DNA of 64,000 nucleotides from an uncultured Clostridia bacterium (GCA_963558405.1 CAUWGC010000002.1:48789-112788); one strand, 5' to 3'; counted from the stretch's first letter, positions 11,301 to 21,232 are shown. Translations and numbers: made by a program. The notes: generated by a model from the letters alone, not told the origin.

Positions 11301-11517
11301 CTTTTCCACCTTCACTATATGTAGTATAAGTGGTTGTAATATAATACCAAGCATTTTTTGCCTCATTCCAATATTGTAAATGGTATTCCACATCTCCTCT
11401 ATTTTGAATATTTGCTGAACTAATCTCTGTTGCAAATACACTAGGGTTTATTGTAGAAAATAATGTTAATACTAACATTAGCATTGCTAAAATTCTTTTA
11501 CTTTTTACTTTTATCAT
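8350..11517 (-). CDS. Surface adhesin: thioester (TED/TQXA-like) domain plus SpaA/CnaB repeats, terminal LPRTG
   Basis: Signal peptide; YCVNRE and ATKQAVY; repeated KGQIKVIKVD...GVEF...TDENGEA; ends LPRTGC. Confidence 0.85.
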   Translation of the reverse strand: MIKVKSKRILAMLMLVLTLFSTINPSVFATEISSANIQNRGDVEYHLQYWNEAKNAWYYITTTYTTYSEGGKEYPAYCVNREHPGVGELDGYTVDVNASVTDVLGDVRIWRTIINGFPYKSASELGVANDLEAFQATKQAVYCILYNFDPVTRFRGANQGADARGDAIKNAIVNMVNIGRNGSQMPSDPNITLSNSGNLYEDGNYYTQKINVSSTVEMTNYTITATANLPQGTIITNSNGIQTNSFNGNESMYVKIPKSQMVQDISNAIINVQGKCKTYPVFYGKTRTEGTQNYALTYDPFGDGVGRATLNIKTNTGKLQINKTDSETSKPIAGVTFQLTKADGTVVANATTNLNGIATFSGLYQGNYKLKEISTNDNYVINKATFDVNVEYNKSTNQNITNDHKKGNLKIYKVDKDNHKIALGNVQFDLYSEEFQRVIGTYTTDVNGEISIKNLRTGSYKLIEKNTGKWYNLAEDTTVEVKWNTTEENTIENELKKGQVKVIKIDLDNKEVKLQGVKFDVLDENGKVLETITTDENGEAYTSRYAIRDYSKLTIREKETLQNYVLNETTQTVVLEAEQIKTVTFTNELKKGQIKVIKVDQDNNEVKLKGVEFKVYDEDKNLVDTLITDENGEATSKRLRIDKKYTVQESKTLENYVLNEIPQIVTLTQNQITDLTFKNELKKGQIKVIKVDKDNNEVKLKGVEFKVYDEDKNLVDTLITDENGEATSKRLRIDKKYTVQESKTLENYVLNEIPQTVTLTQDQITNLTFENELIKGYIRVIKVSKEDNKYNGDVKGSRLENAKFEVYDENNNLVDTLLTDKNGEATTKELLKGKYTLKEVESPDYYILTDEIFEAEIIKHQEIVDAKVEDDNVDIDIEVTKKGFIETQNKDNIYYDFSNIHNKSNIALDNFTWSDSLPTNALRANKIYTGTWNEDLTYSVWYKTNLSDDYIMLKDGLSTLVNNEVKFTDATLKEGEFITDFQFRFGTVKSDFKEVEKPRLYCDMLDNLPNGFIFVNHTKASGNYKDIYVEDKDDWKTITYLKEIETTQKLPRTGC
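9208..9759 (-). repeat. Near-identical 276-bp (92-aa) tandem duplication of a CnaB/SpaA domain
   Basis: The same sequence occurs at 9281 and 9557. Confidence 0.85.
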
Positions 11518-11571
11518 TTTATCAATTCCTTTCCATAAAAAAAGACACTTGAAAAAGTGCCTAATTAAATA

Positions 11572-11763
11572 TTATTCATTATCTTTGTATTCTGAAAATT
11601 CAACTCCTTTGAAGTCATTTTCATCTAATACATATTCTTCTTTTTTATATTTTTCTTTTGTTATTTCAATTGCTTGTTCAATATTCTCAGCTTCAATTTC
11701 AACGACTCTTTGTAGCAATTCCTCAATTTCAATTTTGTAAATTCTTTTCATACTCACTTCCAT
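11572..11763 (-). CDS. DpnD/PcfM-like protein
   Basis: YKIEIEELLQRVVEIEAE...EYVLDENDF. Confidence 0.7.
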   Translation of the reverse strand: MEVSMKRIYKIEIEELLQRVVEIEAENIEQAIEITKEKYKKEEYVLDENDFKGVEFSEYKDNE

Positions 11764-12462
11764 CTATATTAAATAACATTCTGTTGTTATATATTGTCCA
11801 TTATTATAATAATCTCTTGCATATATTCTGATTGTTCCAAATTTATATTTAATTTTATCAATTACCCTTTGTTCAGTATATGTAAATTGAGAAGTTAATT
11901 CAACAATAGAACTATCTACAACAATGTTATATCCATATAATTTCATATCTTCACTTTGATTATTATTTATAATATTTTTAATAGAGTTAATCATAGCATC
12001 ATTAGTTTTATATTCCTCTCCTTTAATTACAAGCTCTTCTTTTACAACTTCTTGCTTAGTTGTTTCAGGTTGTATTTGTATGGATTCTTCTTTTGTTTGT
12101 TGTGGTGTATTGTTATTATTTTTATTTTCTGTACTTTCCTGTTTTACTTCTGCAATAGGTTGTTCTTGAACAGTTGTAACTTGTGGAGTAGAAATCTTAT
12201 TTTGTTTTACTTCAGTTATATTACTTTTGGCTGGAGTCTTTTCGATATTTTTTTCTTGTGTTTGTTCAATTTTTTCATATACAATCATACTTTCATCTGA
12301 AGTATATATTTGACTTGTACTTTCCACATTTTCAACTATATTTTGTAGATTATTATTATCAATAATTTCATTTTTAGGATTTGTACTTTTATAGGTCATA
12401 TAATTGGATAATATAGAAGTTCCAAATACAATAAATAAGATTAAAAAAACATATTTTTTCAT
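11764..12462 (-). CDS. Membrane-anchored/secreted hypothetical protein
   Basis: N-terminal hydrophobic helix, low-complexity linker. Confidence 0.65.
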   Translation of the reverse strand: MKKYVFLILFIVFGTSILSNYMTYKSTNPKNEIIDNNNLQNIVENVESTSQIYTSDESMIVYEKIEQTQEKNIEKTPAKSNITEVKQNKISTPQVTTVQEQPIAEVKQESTENKNNNNTPQQTKEESIQIQPETTKQEVVKEELVIKGEEYKTNDAMINSIKNIINNNQSEDMKLYGYNIVVDSSIVELTSQFTYTEQRVIDKIKYKFGTIRIYARDYYNNGQYITTECYLI

Positions 12463-12484
12463 AACAGATCATCTCCTTAATATC

Positions 12485-12521
12485 ATTATAAAACGATTTA
12501 AAAGACAATCCAAAACCCTTT
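12485..12521 (-). promoter_or_regulatory. ICE motif promoter P2
   Basis: AAAGGGTTTTGGAT-N17-TATAAT. Confidence 0.7.
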
Positions 12522-12530
12522 TTAATATTT

Positions 12531-13130
12531 TTATTGTCCGTAGTCCATACCTTCAGAAGATTCTATTGCTTGAACACAAAGTCTTTTTTCTTTTTGCCCT
12601 GCAACACAAGTAATAAGTGTAATTCTATTATCTTCGGTTTTCTGTAAATATGACCAATCTTCTTCATCAATTATCTTTTTTACAGTTACTACATATCTTT
12701 TAGTACCATAGTTTGTTTGATAATATATTTCACTACCAATTTTTATTTTCTTTAAATTCTTAAAAAAGTCGCCTTTATTTCCTGAATTATGAGAGGCTAA
12801 ACCAACATTTCCCTCATAAATAGAAGTAGAAGGAAAATGACCTATTGTTTCAGATAGTGTAGATAATTCAACACTTTCTCTGATAGGTACATTATCAAGT
12901 AAAATATCAGGAATTGTAAGTGTTCCTATTTCATCATCATAATGAATAATAATCTGCTCAATATCCTCAATAGGTGTATCATCTAAATCTATATTATCGC
13001 CAACAACTATATTTTCAGCATCTTTATTTGCTTTATATACAGGATATTTAATTACAAAAAAAATAACTCCAACAAGAGTTATAATAGCAACTAAAATTAT
13101 CGCAATTAAAAATTTATTTTCTTTTTCCAC
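12531..13130 (-). CDS. Sortase (class D-like)
   Basis: N-terminal TM; GNVGLASH, ITLITC and catalytic R; GTG start after AGGAGG. Confidence 0.9.
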   Translation of the reverse strand: MEKENKFLIAIILVAIITLVGVIFFVIKYPVYKANKDAENIVVGDNIDLDDTPIEDIEQIIIHYDDEIGTLTIPDILLDNVPIRESVELSTLSETIGHFPSTSIYEGNVGLASHNSGNKGDFFKNLKKIKIGSEIYYQTNYGTKRYVVTVKKIIDEEDWSYLQKTEDNRITLITCVAGQKEKRLCVQAIESSEGMDYGQ

Positions 13131-13140
13131 TTTTTGCCTC

Positions 13141-14226
13141 CTAAATTCTAGTTTCAAATATATATTTTTCATCATTAGTATTGACTAACATTTTAATATT
13201 TGTATTACCTTTTTTAACAGTTATCATTTTTCCTTGCATTTTATCTGTTAATTTTTTAGAAAATTCTAATTTGTATTTATTAGTTGTTTCAAATAATGAA
13301 TATTTAGTTAAATTGATTATATTATTTCTATTCATTAGTGTTTTACCAACTTTTACATATTCGCCATCTTTATAGTTATATACTGTTACATTTCTAGTAA
13401 AGAAAAATAGAATTACTAATATAATTCCAGTAGTACCTCCTGCAATAGGTAGTAAATTATCCTCTTTTTCTTCAATAGTTTCAGGTATAGGATCAGACTT
13501 TTCTTCTTCAACTTTATTATATTTAACTGTATAAATATATGGACTTTCTACTGTTTTTGTTGCTGTCCCTGAATATTCAGCAGTTACACTATAGGTATTA
13601 GGATAATCAATTCTTTGTTTACCTGCATAGTAACATTTTGCTGTATATAAATTTGCAACTTCATATTCGCCAATCATTTTAGTAGTTTCAACTTCCCATT
13701 CAACATTTAATAGATTTAAAGTTAATCCATTTTTAACTGTTTGCTTAGGTATAAAATCTAAGTCATTTCTTTCTAGGTTAGTGTAATTTATTGTTTCTTC
13801 TATTAAATCTTCTCTAAAGCCATTGTAGTTCGTTTTAATTTGTATATTTTGAGTGTTTAATAGATATTCTCCAATATATCCATCTTTTTCATAACTAATA
13901 GTTGTCCCTAATTGATTTATTATACTTTCTAAGTTATTTGTTTTACTTGTTATTTTTTTAGTTGTAGTTATATCAATAGTATCTGTCATAGATCCTCCTT
14001 CAGAAGTATAACTATCAAAAGTATATTTATCTCCAAAAACTTCAATATCTTTTTCTAAATTTTCTATAAAAGTATTTTGTTCATCTTTTTGTACTAAATA
14101 TGTTATATAACAATTTAATTTATTATCAGTAACATTTGTGTTATCTAGCGTTACTGCAAAACAATTTGTAGCAGTAAGTAAAGTGCAAAAACTACATACT
14201 GCAAATATTCTTTTTATTAACTTCAT
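13141..14226 (-). CDS. Exported membrane protein of the conjugation region
   Basis: Signal peptide, LPIAG followed by a TM segment and a ~85-aa tail. Confidence 0.65.
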   Translation of the reverse strand: MKLIKRIFAVCSFCTLLTATNCFAVTLDNTNVTDNKLNCYITYLVQKDEQNTFIENLEKDIEVFGDKYTFDSYTSEGGSMTDTIDITTTKKITSKTNNLESIINQLGTTISYEKDGYIGEYLLNTQNIQIKTNYNGFREDLIEETINYTNLERNDLDFIPKQTVKNGLTLNLLNVEWEVETTKMIGEYEVANLYTAKCYYAGKQRIDYPNTYSVTAEYSGTATKTVESPYIYTVKYNKVEEEKSDPIPETIEEKEDNLLPIAGGTTGIILVILFFFTRNVTVYNYKDGEYVKVGKTLMNRNNIINLTKYSLFETTNKYKLEFSKKLTDKMQGKMITVKKGNTNIKMLVNTNDEKYIFETRI

Positions 14227-14237
14227 TTTTTTACCTC

Positions 14238-14465
14238 CTAAAATATATTTATTATTCCAAATTTATTAGCAAGATAAGTAGCTCCAATGGAGCATAAAAT
14301 TATAATGCCTAAATAGAATAAAATATTAAATATTCTTGATAAAATATTAAATAAAAAAAGTAGTGCCTTTAGAACTGAATTCTGTTCATTGACAACTACT
14401 TGTTCTTCGTATTTTTCTTTGATTTTTTGTTTTTTTAAATATTCTTTATATAAATTTTTCCTCAT
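14238..14465 (-). CDS. Small membrane protein
   Basis: 75 aa with a TM segment; start overlaps the stop of the upstream gene. Confidence 0.6.
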   Translation of the reverse strand: MRKNLYKEYLKKQKIKEKYEEQVVVNEQNSVLKALLFLFNILSRIFNILFYLGIIILCSIGATYLANKFGIINIF

Positions 14466-15571
14466 TATTTACCTCTTTTCAGAAAACTGAACAAACCTTT
14501 ATTTTCAACTACTTCAAGTTTATTAGATTTTTCAGAAATGTAATCCTTAAATATTTCGTGATATATTCCTGTATTTATACTGCTATTAAAAGTATCTGTT
14601 GTAAATTCAGAAAAATATATATGTTTTATATATGATTTTAAAATCTTTCTAAATTTTGCTTTTTCCTCATTACTAGAAAAATTAAATATATAATTTACTT
14701 CAGGTATTTTTTCTAACAAACTTAAAACTCTAAATGTTTCATCTGTTTCCCAAGCCTTAGTACCACCAACTATAATTTTTACTTCTTTTGATAAAAAATT
14801 ATCTAAAATATTTTCATTTAGAATTCCATAATCATATATGTAAAAATCATAGCCATATTGCATAGCATCAATTTTATTGTCATTACTATAAAGATCAATA
14901 CCTTTATAAGAATATAAACCATCTTTTTTTACCACACCATCTAAGGTTTCTATATTTTTAATTTCATCTTTATCTGTTGCACAAATATAACAAGCATTCA
15001 TATTAAGACTTTTTAGAAACATTGTTATTAAAATTGCTTGTGTAGTAACTCCTATATGTTTTTCAGTTCCTGCAACAGCGATATTTACAAATTGTTTTAA
15101 TGTTTTATATTCTTTCTTTATAATTATTTTGTTTTTCTTTCCACCTTCGATTTTCTGCCTAAATCTGACAGCATCTTTATACTGGCACCCTTCATCACTT
15201 AAACATTTCTTAAATTGTTCTTTTTGTTCATAATAGGTATTGCTATTTACAAAATTATAAATACCTTCATTGAATAGTTTAGCCAATAGATTATTTCCTT
15301 CTTGAAATCCTAAAGCAACTATAATAATTCTGATATTATACATACTTTTAATTGCTACAACTGATTGCACAATTTCATCTTCTGATTCCTTAGTCGAGGC
15401 TATATCAATAATAATCTGCTTGTAATTATTTAAGTTTCTAAGTTCTTGTACTGCAAATCTTTTAAGACTATCAACACCAGTTAAAACTTGTGGGCTTTCA
15501 AATCCATTTTCTTTGCATACCTCATAAATTAACTTTTCATTTTCTCTAGTAATTGCTAAAATCAATTTCAT
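14465..15571 (-). CDS. Receiver-like plus degenerate P-loop (CpaE/MinD-like) protein
   Basis: IAVAGTEKHIGVTT, YIYDYG. Confidence 0.55.
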   Translation of the reverse strand: MKLILAITRENEKLIYEVCKENGFESPQVLTGVDSLKRFAVQELRNLNNYKQIIIDIASTKESEDEIVQSVVAIKSMYNIRIIIVALGFQEGNNLLAKLFNEGIYNFVNSNTYYEQKEQFKKCLSDEGCQYKDAVRFRQKIEGGKKNKIIIKKEYKTLKQFVNIAVAGTEKHIGVTTQAILITMFLKSLNMNACYICATDKDEIKNIETLDGVVKKDGLYSYKGIDLYSNDNKIDAMQYGYDFYIYDYGILNENILDNFLSKEVKIIVGGTKAWETDETFRVLSLLEKIPEVNYIFNFSSNEEKAKFRKILKSYIKHIYFSEFTTDTFNSSINTGIYHEIFKDYISEKSNKLEVVENKGLFSFLKRGK

Positions 15572-15618
15572 CAGCTCCTTTCTTAAAATATAAAAAATAG
15601 ACTGCCATTTCTGACAAT

Positions 15619-16917
15619 CTATAACTCTTGATTATTATTTGGAATTTCTTTTTTACTTTGTATCTTTTCTTTTATTTTTCTTTTTTCATCTTTTGTTGGT
15701 ATATAAAATTCCTTTTTTTTATTTCTATATAATGAATTTTTATACTCTTTCAATTCATTTTGAATTACTAATAAATAATATAATGTATTCATAAGCATTA
15801 TTGTATCAATTTTTTTATAACTATACGATTTACCGTGTGAAATTGGATTCCTTCTTGCCTTTTTATTTGTATTTATAGAAATTTTATTATTAAACTCAAT
15901 TTGTTCATATAATAAATTTATATTACTATTTACCATCATAACTATAAAAGAAAAATCTGAATTATCTCTTTTTAAGTCTAAATCGTTAATAATTGGCTCA
16001 AATAATTTTAACCTAGATGTGCATCCCTTATCAATTAAATAATATGACAAGGAATTGTCAATCATTGTTGTTATACCTATACTTGCTAAAGCATAAGATT
16101 TACTTTTATATGAAGTAACAATTTGATTAAAAACTTTTCTTTGATTATTGTTAGATAACATACCTCTTATATCGTTAATAAGTAATTCTACTTTTGTTTT
16201 ATTAAAATATCTATTTATATATTGATCAAATTCTTTTTCTGTCTTTACATTTTGTAATATTTCGTGCAATTCTTCTGTTGTTATTTTATATGGCATAATC
16301 CAAAAGAATTCACTCAACTTATCATAATAGTTCATCCAACTTAGTAAACTATCAGGATTATTTCTTGCCTCCTCTAACGATAAAGATAAAGCCTTAAATG
16401 CAGGAGTAATATTTCTATTCATAGCCTCAGCTACTGTGCTAATCAACTGTCTTTGTGTTTCAGCTATTTGTGAAATAACATTAGATAAAGAGCTTGTAAC
16501 TACATTCATGATTTTTTCATTACACAAAGATAATTGCTGTTTTGCTATTGTTCCAATCATTGTAGAAATTCTATCTATTCCCATAGAATTTTTTACTTGT
16601 GTCATCATATTTTGATAAGCTGGCATTAGTGATTGTATCTGATTTTTATACATATTTGAATTTATTGTATTTATTATTTGTTCATTGCTAGAAAGTATTT
16701 TAGGCTTTGCAAGTTCTATCTTATTTGAAATATCCATCATTCTTATTGAATTTGTTGCTTGTTCTATTGCTTTGTTATACTGAGGACTAATTACTTGTAA
16801 CTGTTTTTTATATTTTTCTAACACTTTTTCACTACTTTTTATTTTTGTTTTTGAATCTTCTTCTATTTCTTTCTTCTTTTTTTCTTCATCCATATTACCA
16901 CCATCTGAAAAATCCAA
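15619..16917 (-). CDS. Hypothetical cargo protein with possible C-terminal HEPN-like RxxxxH
   Basis: RNPISHG motif; own TTGAAA-N17-TATAAT promoter at ~16931-16959. Confidence 0.5.
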   Translation of the reverse strand: MDFSDGGNMDEEKKKKEIEEDSKTKIKSSEKVLEKYKKQLQVISPQYNKAIEQATNSIRMMDISNKIELAKPKILSSNEQIINTINSNMYKNQIQSLMPAYQNMMTQVKNSMGIDRISTMIGTIAKQQLSLCNEKIMNVVTSSLSNVISQIAETQRQLISTVAEAMNRNITPAFKALSLSLEEARNNPDSLLSWMNYYDKLSEFFWIMPYKITTEELHEILQNVKTEKEFDQYINRYFNKTKVELLINDIRGMLSNNNQRKVFNQIVTSYKSKSYALASIGITTMIDNSLSYYLIDKGCTSRLKLFEPIINDLDLKRDNSDFSFIVMMVNSNINLLYEQIEFNNKISINTNKKARRNPISHGKSYSYKKIDTIMLMNTLYYLLVIQNELKEYKNSLYRNKKKEFYIPTKDEKRKIKEKIQSKKEIPNNNQEL

Positions 16918-16962
16918 TTATTTTTTTAACATTATAGCAAAAAAGTGTGTATTTTTCAATAT

Positions 16963-17532
16963 TTACACTTCATTTCCCCACGAATCCCAACCATCTGCTG
17001 TCTGTCTTGCAAACAATTCAATTCTAGGTAAATCCCCTACAAGTTCAATTATTCTTTCTCTAACAACCTCAGGTTTTTTACTATGTTCTTCAATATGAGT
17101 ATCTACTATTTGAAATACTTTATTTGATTTTCTTTTTATAGTCCCTCTCGTACCTATTAAGCAGATTTCTGAATTTGCTCTAGTCCAATGTCCCATACCG
17201 AAAAACCAAGTATCACTTTTTTTATTTCTTTTGATCCAATTAAAACCACAAGTTTTATACTTAAATCCCCATTCTTTCATAACTCTTAAACCCTCTAAAA
17301 GACAAGGAAATGTTACCCATAAAAAAAGGATACAATCTTTATTTGAAATATTTTTGATTGTATCTTTCATATTCACTATATCTTCAATATTCATTGTAGG
17401 ATAATGCTTTTCAGCTGTTCCTGTGCCATCTCTCCAAGTTTTGTATTTCCAAGGAGGATCAGCATAAATTATATTGTATTTTTTATCAGTATTATATATA
17501 TCTGTTACCAATTCATACCTCCTTATTTCCAT
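16963..17532 (-). CDS. MT-A70-family adenine methyltransferase
   Basis: IYADPPW, LFLWVT, HSKKP, RIELFAR. Confidence 0.92.
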   Translation of the reverse strand: MEIRRYELVTDIYNTDKKYNIIYADPPWKYKTWRDGTGTAEKHYPTMNIEDIVNMKDTIKNISNKDCILFLWVTFPCLLEGLRVMKEWGFKYKTCGFNWIKRNKKSDTWFFGMGHWTRANSEICLIGTRGTIKRKSNKVFQIVDTHIEEHSKKPEVVRERIIELVGDLPRIELFARQTADGWDSWGNEV

Positions 17533-18241
17533 ATAAATATTCTCTAGGATTTATATAATCCACATTTTTCGACATTCTTATTTCAAAGTGTAAATGCGAT
17601 CCTGTACTATATCCTGGATTTGGATCACGATTAGGATCTCCTCCCTGAATACCAATTACTGTACCTTGCTGAATTTCTTGACCTTCAATAGCATCGATTC
17701 TAGCTAAGTGAGCATATAAAGTATAATAAGTTATTCCATTTTCGGTTATATGTTGTATTTCTACACAATTTCCATAGCCTGTTTTGACACCTGCAAATAC
17801 AACAGTCCCTTTTTCAACAGTTGTAATATTTGAGTGCCAAGCTCCTGCTAAATCTATTCCTGTATGAAAACTTTGCTTTCCAGTTACAGGATGAATTCTT
17901 ACTCCAAATTCACTTGTAACAGTTGCATTTTGAACAGGCATAGGGAATGTTCCGTTATATTCTAACTCTCCAATAGTTACAGTAGGAGCATAGGTATCGT
18001 GCATTTCAACTAATGAATAGTACGAACTGTCTGAAGTCTGCCCATCATCTCCAAAGCCAAAGAAACTTTTAATTTTATCAATAGTGGATGTTATTGCAAA
18101 AACAGGAATTAAAATTATTAAAGTTATAACAACAATAGTAATAATAATTCCTATAATTAGTCTTTGTCTTTTTTCTTCATCTGTTATTTGACTAATAACA
18201 GCTTGTGCGATAATCTTTGCTGTATGTGGATCTACTGCCAT
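17513..18241 (-). CDS. M23 peptidase (conjugative peptidoglycan hydrolase)
   Basis: HTGID, YAHL and HLHFE motifs. Confidence 0.9.
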   Translation of the reverse strand: MAVDPHTAKIIAQAVISQITDEEKRQRLIIGIIITIVVITLIILIPVFAITSTIDKIKSFFGFGDDGQTSDSSYYSLVEMHDTYAPTVTIGELEYNGTFPMPVQNATVTSEFGVRIHPVTGKQSFHTGIDLAGAWHSNITTVEKGTVVFAGVKTGYGNCVEIQHITENGITYYTLYAHLARIDAIEGQEIQQGTVIGIQGGDPNRDPNPGYSTGSHLHFEIRMSKNVDYINPREYLYGNKEV

Positions 18242-20073
18242 TAACGACCACCACCTTTACCAAAATACTCAAACTCAATAGGGAATATATCAAACCTTAC
18301 GAATATTCTGTTTGAGCCAATGATAAATAGTGCTAAACCTCTTTTCTTTTTATATAAGAATTCTGCTTGTGCCTCACTTAATTTAAAAAGTTCAGTAGAT
18401 TCTTCTAAGTTCTGTCCATCAGTACCCATAAGAATTTTATATGTTGCCATATCAAGTATTGCTTGTCCATACATCTTTACTGAGCCATCTAAAAAATCAA
18501 CAATAGAATGAGAAATAATAACTAGGCTACCTTCATATTTTCTACATCTCTTAGCAACATTTCTTAAAAATATCAATGTTTGTGGAACTTCAGGATCTAT
18601 AAGCAAATAAGCCTCATCGCATACAAGCATTGTTTTTTCAGTTTTATCTTTGCTCATTATTTCCCAACAGTAAGTTAATATATTGAAATACTGAGCTTTT
18701 TTAATTCTATCTGAAGCATTTTGAAGATTAAAAGTATCAAAACATACAACTTTTGCTATATCATTTACTGAAGTATAACCATTAAATAGTCCTTTTTCAG
18801 CTCCTATACTAATTCCTCTTAATAAACTTTTTAATGTGGCAAATACTTTTTGTTTATCTTTTTCTTTTTCAGTATTTGCTTTTTCTTCAAGTAAATTATA
18901 TAAATCTGTCATAATAGGAAATTTATTATTAGGAATACCTGTTATATCTGTATCCCAAGTTATACCAAATTTTTGATATAATTCTTCTAAAACTTCTTCT
19001 AAATATGCTACTTGTATTGAATTAAGTTCAGGATATAAAAGTTTAAAGAAAGTCCTTAAAGTTTGAAAATGTAAAGCCATAGCTCCCATTCCTTTTCCTT
19101 CATCTTTATAACCAATTTCTTCTTCATTTTCATCATCAAGTGGAACTGCTTTTATTTGTAAAGGGTTTATAATTCCACCTTTGCCACTTCCTATGTCAAT
19201 CCATTTCTCGCCTAATTTTTCTGTCATTTGCTTATATTCTCTTTCAGGATCTATCAAAATTATTTTAGTATCTGTCATATATTCATTTAAAATCAAATGC
19301 TTAGCAACAGTAGATTTTCCAACTCCTGCTGTTCCCATAATTACAAAGTTTGAGTTTGTTCTATCTCCTCCCCTTTTCCAAGGATCAAGTATTACAATTC
19401 CACCTTTTGTATCTCGTGCAAAATAATATTTGTTTCCATCATTAAATCCTGAACTAGAAAATGGAAGTCCACCTATCCAAGAACTTTCTAGCATATTTCT
19501 ATCAGCAATTTCTTTAATTACTGGATCTGTAATAGCAAAAGGCGACATTAACTTAAATGAGTTTCTACTCAAATTAGTTAATAATCGCCCTTTCATTTGC
19601 ATAGTTGCTAGTTTAGTTAAAACAGCTTTTGATCTTTGTTTTAATTCTTCCATATCTTCAGCAATAACCATTATTGCAATAGTAACATATACAACAGTTT
19701 CTCCGTTTAGGTCTATCTTTTCAATAAGTTCTCTAGCATCGTTTATTTCTCTTTCTGTTCTTTGCCTTAATATTTCATCTTTAATACTATCGTACTGAAT
19801 TTCATTCTGCCTAATACCTTTACTTATATTCTGCATTAGGGTATCTTTTTCAGTAGGAGATATGTTTAATGAACATACCGTATTAGGAATATTTGCAATA
19901 CTTTCTAGCCATCCTACTCTTACTTTTTGAGGATATTTTGTTATTGCATATACCCTACCTAAATAATCTCCAACTCTAAAATAATTCTTTTTATATTCAA
20001 TACCTCCAATAGGACTAAGAATATTAAGCAAAGTATGATTCTCAATTATTCTTTCTATTTCTTTTTTCTTCAA
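18241..20073 (-). CDS. virB4: VirB4-like T4SS ATPase
   Basis: GTAGVGKS, IDPERE, DEAY, RCRKY. Confidence 0.92.
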   Translation of the reverse strand: MKKKEIERIIENHTLLNILSPIGGIEYKKNYFRVGDYLGRVYAITKYPQKVRVGWLESIANIPNTVCSLNISPTEKDTLMQNISKGIRQNEIQYDSIKDEILRQRTEREINDARELIEKIDLNGETVVYVTIAIMVIAEDMEELKQRSKAVLTKLATMQMKGRLLTNLSRNSFKLMSPFAITDPVIKEIADRNMLESSWIGGLPFSSSGFNDGNKYYFARDTKGGIVILDPWKRGGDRTNSNFVIMGTAGVGKSTVAKHLILNEYMTDTKIILIDPEREYKQMTEKLGEKWIDIGSGKGGIINPLQIKAVPLDDENEEEIGYKDEGKGMGAMALHFQTLRTFFKLLYPELNSIQVAYLEEVLEELYQKFGITWDTDITGIPNNKFPIMTDLYNLLEEKANTEKEKDKQKVFATLKSLLRGISIGAEKGLFNGYTSVNDIAKVVCFDTFNLQNASDRIKKAQYFNILTYCWEIMSKDKTEKTMLVCDEAYLLIDPEVPQTLIFLRNVAKRCRKYEGSLVIISHSIVDFLDGSVKMYGQAILDMATYKILMGTDGQNLEESTELFKLSEAQAEFLYKKKRGLALFIIGSNRIFVRFDIFPIEFEYFGKGGGR

Positions 20074-20074
20074 T

Positions 20075-20686
20075 TTAAGCCTCCTTCAGCATTACAACTT
20101 TATCCTCAATATCAGTATCTTCTCTATGAGCATAATTCATATTTAAAAAGCTATTACATAACTGTATTAGAGAAGGCTCATCAAGGATTTCTGTTTTAAT
20201 GCTACATCTCTCAAATTTATTGCTTAAATCTAAACACCTTTTTAATAAATCTTTTTCTGAATTATCATCGTGCTTAGCATTTATCATTAAAAAAGATTGC
20301 CTCTCAACGATTTCTCCGTTCAAAGACAACCTTTGTACTTCTTTTAAATGTGTTTTTAATAATCTTTTTTGAATTGCATTATCTGTTGTATTTATAATCT
20401 CTGTTAAATATTCCTGTAATGGAGATATATCAACAGCTCTAGCAATATTAAAATATTTCATTTCTCCTTGTTCTGAAGAAAGTTCAGCAGATAATTCATT
20501 TATTAAATTTTGCTTTTCTCTTTCAGTAAGTAATTGAGTATTTATTGAATATATTTTTAATCCTGCAATTACATTGCCATCTCTTGTATAAATATAATTA
20601 TTTCTAATATCTAAAATACCAACTTCTTCATTACAAGTATTGTCTTTTGATTTTTTACCAAATATATTAAGTATTTTTCCCAACAT
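20075..20686 (-). CDS. Conjugation protein (resembles a separate VirB4 N-terminal part)
   Basis: Lies between the PrgI-like gene and virB4; ATG 20686 after GGAGGG. Confidence 0.6.
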   Translation of the reverse strand: MLGKILNIFGKKSKDNTCNEEVGILDIRNNYIYTRDGNVIAGLKIYSINTQLLTEREKQNLINELSAELSSEQGEMKYFNIARAVDISPLQEYLTEIINTTDNAIQKRLLKTHLKEVQRLSLNGEIVERQSFLMINAKHDDNSEKDLLKRCLDLSNKFERCSIKTEILDEPSLIQLCNSFLNMNYAHREDTDIEDKVVMLKEA

Positions 20687-21011
20687 TTCCCCTCCATTTA
20701 TTATAATATTTATATCTATATTGTTTTTGTGTATTAGCAAAGTCTATTAAAAACTTTATTTGCTTTGTTACACACAAATTATTTTCATCTTTAGCAGTTG
20801 CTATAATTGTTCCTGCAACTCCTATGAATTCAATTACCACAGGCAATAAGAAACTACCCTTTAATTTGTAAATAATTAAGCTAATAGGAAGTAAACAAGC
20901 AAAAACAATTATTGTAGATATTAGTTCTTTTACACCATATCCTTTAAAAAATTCCATTCTAGTTTTTACATTAGAAGGAATATAAAGTTTATAATCATTT
21001 TCATTATCCAT
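20667..21011 (-). CDS. PrgI/VirB3-like membrane protein
   Basis: YIPSNVKTRMEFFKGYG plus two TM segments; upstream of virB4. Confidence 0.65.
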   Translation of the reverse strand: MDNENDYKLYIPSNVKTRMEFFKGYGVKELISTIIVFACLLPISLIIYKLKGSFLLPVVIEFIGVAGTIIATAKDENNLCVTKQIKFLIDFANTQKQYRYKYYNKWRGNVGKNT

Positions 21012-21013
21012 CT

Positions 21014-21229
21014 TTAACCTCCATAATATTTTTTTACTAAATCTAAAATTACAAATATCAATTCTGATATTATTCCAAAAACTATGGTATTTCTTATTTT
21101 TCTTTTATATGAGCCTTGTGCATCTTCATCATAAATCATTTTAGTTAAGCAAAATACCACTCGGAATATAACTCCAAGTGGTATAACTACAACTTTTAAC
21201 AAATTTATTATTTCATTTAAAGTATCCAT
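21014..21229 (-). CDS. Small pilin-like membrane conjugation protein
   Basis: 71 aa, two TM segments. Confidence 0.55.
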   Translation of the reverse strand: MDTLNEIINLLKVVVIPLGVIFRVVFCLTKMIYDEDAQGSYKRKIRNTIVFGIISELIFVILDLVKKYYGG

Positions 21230-21232
21230 AAA

